From Burkholderiales bacterium (GTDB taxonomy: Bacteria; Pseudomonadota; Gammaproteobacteria; Burkholderiales; SG8-39), in NCBI GenBank assembly GCA_049802235.1, contig JBARMB010000050.1:87577-151576 (forward strand): a DNA stretch of 64,000 nucleotides, given 5' to 3'. Shown piece after piece: positions 57,886-64,000 of the stretch (within the stretch, counting starts at the first letter, position 1; the number at the start of each line of letters is the position of its first letter). The notes under the pieces are model-generated. The model searched no databases. It had not been told where the DNA came from and saw nothing but the letters and a program-made list of their open reading frames with translations. The position numbers and the translations under genes were made by a program.

Positions 57886-59865
57886 ATGAAAAAACCGGTC
57901 AGCCGCGTACTCATCATCAACGACGAGCCGCTCGTCCTGAAGGAGTTCGTCAAGGGCCTGAACGCCGCCGCGCGCTCGCTCGACAATCCCCTCGGCATCA
58001 CCTTCGCCGGCGTCACCGCGGCGCGCGAGGCGCTCGCCGCAATCGAGGAGGACGGCGACCTCCAGGCCGTGGTGGTGGACGACAAGCTCTACACTCTCAA
58101 CCACAAAATCAACCGGAAAAGCGCGAAGAAGGAAATGTCGGCGCTGGAACTAGTCCAGCGCATCACGCGCTTTCGTCCCGAGCTCGACATCTACATCCTG
58201 ATCGCGCAGGAGCACGAGGACGAGATCGTCGATGCGCTGTTCGCGGAAGCCGTGGACGGATACTTCTACCGCGAGGAGCGCGATTACCGCGGCATGTACC
58301 GGATCCTGAATGCCCAGATCCAGGAGCGCTCAAGGACGCCCTTCTACGACCAGCTCAAGAACTACGTCTGGATGGCAAAGGATTCCTGGCACACGCCCGG
58401 TCACTCCTCCGGCGAGTCGCTGCGCGGCAGCCCCTGGGTGAACGATTTCTACGAATTCATGGGCGAGCACATCTTCGATGCCGACCTGTCGGTGTCGGTG
58501 AGGATGCTCGACTCGCTCATGGAACCCACCGGCGTCATCGCCGAGGCGCAGACCATCGCTGCCAAGGCGTTCGGCGCCCGCCGCACCTTCTTTGCCACCA
58601 ACGGCACTTCCACCGCCAACAAGGTCATCTTCCAGACCCTGCTCGCGCCCGGCGAGAAGCTGCTGCTCGACCGCAATTGCCACAAATCCGTGCACCACGG
58701 CGTAGTGCTCTCCGGTGCACACCCGGTCTACCTCGATTCCTCCGTCAACGCCAGGTACAGCTTGTACGGACCGGTACCGAAGAAGACCATCCTGTCCGCC
58801 ATCAGAAAGCACCCCGACGCGCAGGCGCTGATCCTCACTTCCTGCACCTACGACGGGCTGCGCTACGACCTCGCCCCCATCGTCGAGGCCGCGCACAGGA
58901 AGGGCATCAAGGTGATCGTGGACGAGGCCTGGTATGGCTTCGCGCGCTTCCACCCGGCGTTCCGGCCGACGGCGCTCGAGGCCGGTGCCGACTACGCCAC
59001 GCAGAGCACGCACAAGGTGCTCTCCGCGTTCTCGCAGGCCTCGATGATCCACGTCAACGATCCCGGCTTCAATGAGCACCTGTTCCGGGAAAACTTCAAC
59101 ATGCACACCTCGACCTCCCCGCAGTACAGCATGATCGCGAGCCTCGACGTGGCGCGAAAGCAGGCGGTGATGGAGGGCTACAAGCTGCTCTCGCGCACGC
59201 TCGCGCTCGCGCAGGAGCTGCGCGCGCAGATCAATTCGACCGGGGTGTTCCGCGTGCTGGAGCTGGAGGATCTGCTGCCCGAGGAGGTGAGGCACGACAA
59301 CATCAGGCTCGATCCCACCAAGGTGACGGTGGACATCTCGAGCTGCGGCTACACCGTCGAGGACCTGCAGCGGGAACTGTTCGACCGCTACAACATCCAG
59401 GTGGAGAAATCCACCTTCAACACGCTGACGCTGCTGCTCACCATCGGTACGACGCGCAGCAAGGTCTCGCGCCTGTACGACGCGCTCATGCGCATCGCGC
59501 GCGAAGGCCGCGCGCCGCGCCGGCTGTATCGTTTCCCGGAGATCCCGGGCTTCACCAAATTGCGCTACCTGCCCCGCGACGCGTTCTATTGCGGCGGCGA
59601 GCTGGTGCCGCTGGTGGACGAAAAGGACAACGTCAGGCGCGTGTTGCTCAACCGCATCTGCGCCGACCAGATCGTTCCCTACCCCCCGGGCATCCCGGTG
59701 CTCGTCCCGGGACAGGTCATCACCCGCGACATCGTCCACTACCTGGTCGGGCTCCTCAGATCGCAGAAGCGGGTCGAGCTGCACGGCATCGTCTACGACG
59801 GCTACCTCCCGTGCCTGAGGGTGCTGAAGCCGGCCGAGGAGCGGGGTCTCCGTCCCATCGGCTGA
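57886..59865 (+). CDS. Orn/Lys/Arg decarboxylase family (fold-type I PLP enzyme with an N-terminal wing domain)
   Basis: From ATG 57886: SWHTPGHSSG, ATNGTSTANK, and QSTHKVLSAFSQASMIHV (PLP-Lys region). The substrate is not assignable from sequence alone. Confidence 0.8.
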   Translation: MKKPVSRVLIINDEPLVLKEFVKGLNAAARSLDNPLGITFAGVTAAREALAAIEEDGDLQAVVVDDKLYTLNHKINRKSAKKEMSALELVQRITRFRPELDIYILIAQEHEDEIVDALFAEAVDGYFYREERDYRGMYRILNAQIQERSRTPFYDQLKNYVWMAKDSWHTPGHSSGESLRGSPWVNDFYEFMGEHIFDADLSVSVRMLDSLMEPTGVIAEAQTIAAKAFGARRTFFATNGTSTANKVIFQTLLAPGEKLLLDRNCHKSVHHGVVLSGAHPVYLDSSVNARYSLYGPVPKKTILSAIRKHPDAQALILTSCTYDGLRYDLAPIVEAAHRKGIKVIVDEAWYGFARFHPAFRPTALEAGADYATQSTHKVLSAFSQASMIHVNDPGFNEHLFRENFNMHTSTSPQYSMIASLDVARKQAVMEGYKLLSRTLALAQELRAQINSTGVFRVLELEDLLPEEVRHDNIRLDPTKVTVDISSCGYTVEDLQRELFDRYNIQVEKSTFNTLTLLLTIGTTRSKVSRLYDALMRIAREGRAPRRLYRFPEIPGFTKLRYLPRDAFYCGGELVPLVDEKDNVRRVLLNRICADQIVPYPPGIPVLVPGQVITRDIVHYLVGLLRSQKRVELHGIVYDGYLPCLRVLKPAEERGLRPIG

Positions 59866-59876
59866 CCCCCCCCCCC
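59866..59876 (+). repeat. Homopolymeric C11 tract immediately after the decarboxylase stop codon
   Basis: Counted directly: TGA (59863-59865) followed by 11 C. Confidence 0.9.
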
Positions 59877-59972
59877 GGAACCCGGGAAAAAGGCACCCCG
59901 CCAGGCCCCCCGGATTGAATTTGCAGAATCAGTATGCTATACACTCCCTAACTGCCTGACGGGAGGGGAGAT

Positions 59973-60203
59973 ATGTCATCGACGACGAAATATGGCTTCC
60001 GCATCCGCACACGGCAGGGAATGGTGGTGGAAAATCTCATGATCCACGGCCGCGACGAAGCCGATGCCGAAAAGAAGCTCAAGCAGATGTACCTTCACTG
60101 CGAAATCATCGATCGCAGCGTGATGCAACCGGCAATGATGCGCCCGGCGAGGAAGACCGATGCGGCAAGCTTCGAGGATATCGTCTCGCTGATCAGCAAG
60201 TAG
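59973..60203 (+). CDS. Small hypothetical protein (76 aa)
   Basis: ATG preceded by GGGAGGGGAG. MSSTTKYGFRIRTRQGMVVENLMIHGRDEADAEKKLKQMYLHCEIIDRSV.... G/C-rich third positions are consistent with coding. No family recognised. Confidence 0.5.
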   Translation: MSSTTKYGFRIRTRQGMVVENLMIHGRDEADAEKKLKQMYLHCEIIDRSVMQPAMMRPARKTDAASFEDIVSLISK

Positions 60204-60211
60204 CCCCCCCC
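60204..60211 (+). repeat. Homopolymeric C8 tract immediately after the small-ORF stop codon
   Basis: Counted directly: TAG (60201-60203) followed by 8 C. Confidence 0.9.
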
Positions 60212-60359
60212 TGAACGCAGGGGACGCAAAGATCGCCAAGAACCGGTTATAAAATGAGGGGAAACATCCCCTCATGCTCCCCTGTATTGGAGGCCGTTTC
60301 GGTCATTCTGAAACGGCCTTCAAGAGACTTTCGTGCTTTCGCGGCGATTGCAGTTGCAG

Positions 60360-61124
60360 TTACACCTCCAGGAACCTGCTCGCCAGCAGCTCCTCCAGCA
60401 GTTTCTCGTAGTCCTGCGCGCCGCGGCTCTCCGGCGCGTGGCTGAAAATGTCCTTTCCGACCGCTGGACTCTCCGCCACGCCCACCGTCTCGGCGATGCG
60501 CGTCTCGCACAGCTCGGCGCCGAACCGTCCCGCGAGCTGCGCGGCGATGTCGTGCGACATCCGCCGGCGCGAATCGAACCGCGTCAGCAGATAGCGCCGC
60601 TCGACGCGCCGCTTCAGCACGTGCTCCAGCGCCCGCAAGGTGTTCTCGAGCGCGAGCGCCCCTTTCATCGCGAGGAAATCGGTCGAGATCGGGATTACCA
60701 CGCGTTCGGAAGCGAATATGCCCGAGAGCGACAGCACCCCCAGCATCGGGCAGCAGTCCATGAGTACCGGCCGCGTCCCCGCATAGCCTGTGTCGAGCCC
60801 CTGCTTCAGCCGGTTGAGAATGTCCGGGCCCTTGCCGTACAGCGTATCGACCTTGATCAGCTCCGAATGCGCGGGCAGCAGATCGCCGCCGAAATAGACC
60901 GGCCGCGCGATTTCCGCGAGCGGCTTGCCGCTGCTGTAGTACGCGAACAGACTTTCTCCGCCCGATACGACCGGTCCCAGGATCGAGGTCAGATGCGCCT
61001 GCGCATCCAGGTCCACCAGCAGCGGCGCAAGCCCGCGCCGGGCGAGCGCGGCACCAAGGTTGAGGACGGTCGTAGTCTTCCCGACCCCGCCCTTCTGGTT
61101 GAAGATGGTCAGCCGCGTTCCCAT
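60360..61124 (-). CDS. ParA/MinD-family P-loop ATPase (orphan; no adjacent parB)
   Basis: Deviant Walker A IFNQKGGVGKTTT, then LLVDLDAQAHLT. 254 aa. Confidence 0.8.
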   Translation of the reverse strand: MGTRLTIFNQKGGVGKTTTVLNLGAALARRGLAPLLVDLDAQAHLTSILGPVVSGGESLFAYYSSGKPLAEIARPVYFGGDLLPAHSELIKVDTLYGKGPDILNRLKQGLDTGYAGTRPVLMDCCPMLGVLSLSGIFASERVVIPISTDFLAMKGALALENTLRALEHVLKRRVERRYLLTRFDSRRRMSHDIAAQLAGRFGAELCETRIAETVGVAESPAVGKDIFSHAPESRGAQDYEKLLEELLASRFLEV

Positions 61125-61286
61125 TCCACAAGCTATGTGCTAAATTATTGGCGCTTCAGATGATTTTGATTATCGCACAGGGCGACGACATGACCGGCAT
61201 CCAGCAACCGCGAGCGCGTCGGGCAGGCGCTGCGGCGCCGCCCGTGCGGTTCGATACCCGACGACGCCGACCGCGATCCAGGTAAC

Positions 61287-61343
61287 GATGCGGAAGGGCC
61301 CGTCCCTTCTTTCCAAACGACGCGGAAGGGGCTCGTCCCTTCC
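61287..61343. repeat. Two tandem near-identical hairpin units (GA(T/C)GCGGAAGGG-N5/6-CCCTTC) upstream of argD
   Basis: GAAGGG-CCCGT-CCCTTC (61293-61309) and GGAAGGG-GCTCGT-CCCTTCC (61324-61343). The core is shared with the 27345-27445 element. Confidence 0.55.
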
Positions 61344-61434
61344 TCGGTCGCAAGTCCCGCGCGCCAAGCGGCGCGTTTCAGCAGGAATTGCGGCGCGGGT
61401 ACCATGCCGCGCCCTCGACAATAACGGGTGAGTC

Positions 61435-62634
61435 ATGTCTCATTTGATGAACACATACGGCCGGATTCCCGTGGCGTTTGCCCGCGGCGAGCGGGTATGG
61501 GTGTGGGATGAATCCGGCAGGAAGTATCTGGATGCGCTCGCCGGCATCGCGGTCAGCACGCTCGGCCACGCGCACCCGAAACTCGTGCGCGTGATCGCCG
61601 AGCAGGCTTCGCGGTTGATCCACGTCTCCAACCTCTATCGCATCGCCGAGCAGGAGAAGCTCGCCGACAAGCTCGCCGCGATCAGCGGCATGGACAACGT
61701 GTTCTTCTGCAATTCCGGTTGCGAGGCGAACGAGGCGGCGATCAAGATCGCGCGGCTCTACGGCCACCGGAAAGGCATCGACAGTCCGTCCATCGTCGTC
61801 ATGGACAAGGCGTTCCACGGCCGCACGCTGGCGACGCTCTCGGCCACCGGCAACCGCAAGGTGCAGAAGGGCTTCGAGCCGCTGGTTGCGGGCTTCGTGC
61901 GCGTGCCGTTCAACGACATCGAAGCGGTGCGCCAGGTCGCGGCGCATGACCGTTCGGTGGTGGCGGTGCTGGTCGAGCCGATCCAGGGCGAAGGCGGGAT
62001 CAACATTTCCACGATGCAGTATCTGCGCGATCTGCGCGAGCTCTGCGACCGCCAGGGCTGGCTGCTGATGGTGGATGAAGTCCAGTGCGGCCTCGGCCGC
62101 ACCGGAAAATGGTTCGTCTACCAGCACGCCGGTATCCTCCCGGACGTCATGCCGCTCGCAAAGGGCCTGGGCTCGGGCGTGCCGATCGGCGCCTGCCTCG
62201 CGCGCGGCGCCGCTGCGCAGGTGTTCCAGCCGGGCAATCACGGCTCGACCTTCGGCGGCAATCCGCTTGCCTGCGCCGCCGCGCTCGCGACACTCGACAT
62301 CATCGAGGAGGAAGGGCTGATCGGGAACGCCGGGCGCATCGGCGGCCTCATCCTCGCGGGCTTGCGTGAAGGGCTCGCGGGCCTGCCCGGCGTAGTCGAG
62401 GTTCGCGGCCACGGCCTCATGATCGGCATCGAGCTGGATCGCCCCTGCGGCGACCTGGTCAATGGCGCGCTCGAACAGGGCCTGCTCATCAACGTCACCA
62501 TGGACACGGTGATTCGTCTGCTGCCGCCGCTCATCATCAATGAGCAGGAGGCGCGCCAGGTCCTTTCCATCCTCGTGCCGCTGGTGCGCAACTTCCTGGC
62601 GCAGCCCGCCACTGCAGTCGCCGCTCGCGCATGA
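61435..62634 (+). CDS. argD: Acetylornithine aminotransferase (class III PLP aminotransferase)
   Basis: MSHLMNTYGRIPVAFARGERVWVWDESGRKYLDALAGIAV..., DEVQCGLGRTGKWF, and context with argF/argG. Confidence 0.85.
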   Translation: MSHLMNTYGRIPVAFARGERVWVWDESGRKYLDALAGIAVSTLGHAHPKLVRVIAEQASRLIHVSNLYRIAEQEKLADKLAAISGMDNVFFCNSGCEANEAAIKIARLYGHRKGIDSPSIVVMDKAFHGRTLATLSATGNRKVQKGFEPLVAGFVRVPFNDIEAVRQVAAHDRSVVAVLVEPIQGEGGINISTMQYLRDLRELCDRQGWLLMVDEVQCGLGRTGKWFVYQHAGILPDVMPLAKGLGSGVPIGACLARGAAAQVFQPGNHGSTFGGNPLACAAALATLDIIEEEGLIGNAGRIGGLILAGLREGLAGLPGVVEVRGHGLMIGIELDRPCGDLVNGALEQGLLINVTMDTVIRLLPPLIINEQEARQVLSILVPLVRNFLAQPATAVAARA

Positions 62635-63608
62635 AAAAAGCGCCCGTAAAACTGCGGCATTACCTGCAGTTCAAGGACTTCTCGCGCGAGGAGTACGAGT
62701 ACCTGCTCGCCCGCGCCCGCTGGATCAAGGGCAGGTTCAAGAGTTACGAGCGCTACTGGCCGCTCGAGGACCGGACGCTCGCGATGATCTTCGAGAAGCA
62801 GTCGACGCGCACGCGCCTGTCGTTCGAGGCCGGCATGCACCAGCTCGGCGGCGCCGCGATCTACCTGAACACCCAGGACACGCAGCTTGGCCGCGGCGAG
62901 CCGGTCGAGGACGCGGCGCAGGTGATATCGCGCATGGTCGACATCGTCATGATCCGCACCTTCGAGCAGGAGATCATCGAGCGCTTCGCCGCGCACTCGC
63001 GCGTGCCCGTGATCAACGGCCTCACCAATGAATACCACCCCTGCCAGGTGCTCGCCGACATCTACACCTGGATCGAGCAGCGCGGCCCGATCGCGGGGAA
63101 AACGGTGGCCTGGATCGGCGACTCGAACAACGTCTGCAACACCTGGCTGCAGGCGGCGACGATATTCGACTTCAACGTGCACGTCTCGACGCCGCCGGGC
63201 TACGAAGTCGAGCCCGAGCGCGCCGGGATTTACGACGACTCCCATTACGAGAGCTTCGCCGATCCCATGCAGGCGGCGCGCGGCGCCCACCTCGTCACCA
63301 CCGACGTCTGGACCAGCATGGGCTTCGAGGCCGAGAACGAGGAGCGCAGGCGCGATTTCGAGGACTGGCAGGTGGACGCCGACATGATGAAGGCGGCGAA
63401 AAAGGACGCCCTCTTCATGCACTGCCTGCCGGCGCACCGCGGCGAGGAGGTCGCCGCCGCGGTGATCGACGGGCGGCAGAGCGTGGTGTGGGACGAAGCG
63501 GAGAACAGGTTGCACACGCAGAAGGCGCTGATGGAGTTCCTGCTGCTGGGACGGGTAACGGGCGCGAAAGATGCCGGACGGAGAATTCGCCGCAAGGCGA
63601 AGCCGTGA
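62631..63608 (+). CDS. argF: Ornithine carbamoyltransferase
   Basis: STRTRLSFE carbamoyl-phosphate motif, HPCQVLAD, HCLPAHRGEEV. ATGA overlap with argD. Confidence 0.92.
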   Translation: MKKAPVKLRHYLQFKDFSREEYEYLLARARWIKGRFKSYERYWPLEDRTLAMIFEKQSTRTRLSFEAGMHQLGGAAIYLNTQDTQLGRGEPVEDAAQVISRMVDIVMIRTFEQEIIERFAAHSRVPVINGLTNEYHPCQVLADIYTWIEQRGPIAGKTVAWIGDSNNVCNTWLQAATIFDFNVHVSTPPGYEVEPERAGIYDDSHYESFADPMQAARGAHLVTTDVWTSMGFEAENEERRRDFEDWQVDADMMKAAKKDALFMHCLPAHRGEEVAAAVIDGRQSVVWDEAENRLHTQKALMEFLLLGRVTGAKDAGRRIRRKAKP

Positions 63609-63646
63609 ATGAGCCAAGGAGCGAATGAGTGAAGGACAAAGGCAAA

Positions 63647-64000
63647 GTGAAGAAAGTCGTGCTCGCCTACTCGGGCGGGCTCGATACCTCGGTGATCCTC
63701 AAGTGGCTGCAGGACGTCTATCGCTGCGAGGTCGTCACCTTCACCGCCGACATCGGCCAGGGTGAGGAACTGGAGCCCGCCCGCAGAAAGGCGAAGAAGC
63801 TCGGCGTGAAGGAAATCTTCATCGACGACCTGCGCGAGGAGTTCGTGGAGGATTATGTTTTTCCCATGTTCCGCGCGAACGCGATCTACGAGGGCGAATA
63901 CCTGCTCGGCACCTCGATTGCGCGGCCGCTGATCGCCAAGCGCCAGATCGAGATCGCGCGCAAGACCGGCGCCGACGCCGTCGCTCACGGAGCCACCGGC
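63647..64000 (+). CDS. argG: Argininosuccinate synthase (5' part; continues beyond the window)
   Basis: GTG 63647: [22 protein letters not shown]...[11 protein letters not shown]...AHGATG are argG N-terminal signatures. It has no stop in the window, so it is absent from the ORF track. Confidence 0.9.
   Translation, partial: MKKVVLAYSGGLDTSVILKWLQDVYRCEVVTFTADIGQGEELEPARRKAKKLGVKEIFIDDLREEFVEDYVFPMFRANAIYEGEYLLGTSIARPLIAKRQIEIARKTGADAVAHGATG

Overview
This is a high-GC chromosome segment (about 65-70% GC by eye). The gene content looks beta-proteobacterial: Bug/TctC-type tricarboxylate receptors, a TRAP transporter, ribF-ileS-lspA-ispH, murJ/rpsT, argD-argF-argG and a type IVa minor-pilin operon pilE-fimT-pilV-pilW-pilX-pilY1. 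I can support about 60 protein genes and one tRNA-Thr(CGT). I found no rRNA, CRISPR array, transposase or integrase. Positions 1-11.8 kb hold an organic/aromatic-acid catabolic cluster: a Rieske dioxygenase alpha/beta pair, a LigJ-like amidohydrolase, an alpha/beta hydrolase, a PanB-family enzyme, PhtD-like decarboxylase-fold paralogues and two class II aldolases. Positions 16.6-64 kb are mostly housekeeping and transport genes plus the pilus operon. Many long ORFs in the supplied track are antisense shadows typical of high-GC DNA and are not called. The stand-out feature is a low-GC island of about 4.7 kb (about 11.9-16.6 kb; hand-counted 60-nt lines give 37-57% GC). It sits between two convergent core genes (DUF1761, gor) and is bracketed by a perfect 12-bp direct repeat. 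The island carries a tightly overlapping five-gene operon. In order it encodes a small McrB/HNH-N-terminal-like putative DNA-reader, an SPPY-motif DNA methyltransferase, a 647-aa fusion of a MORC/paraMORC-like GHKL ATPase to a complete histidine-kinase core, a stand-alone receiver domain, and a PIN nuclease. I interpret it as a candidate methylation-linked, phosphorelay-gated defence or abortive-infection system that I cannot match to any named system. This is inference from motifs only, because no searches could be run.
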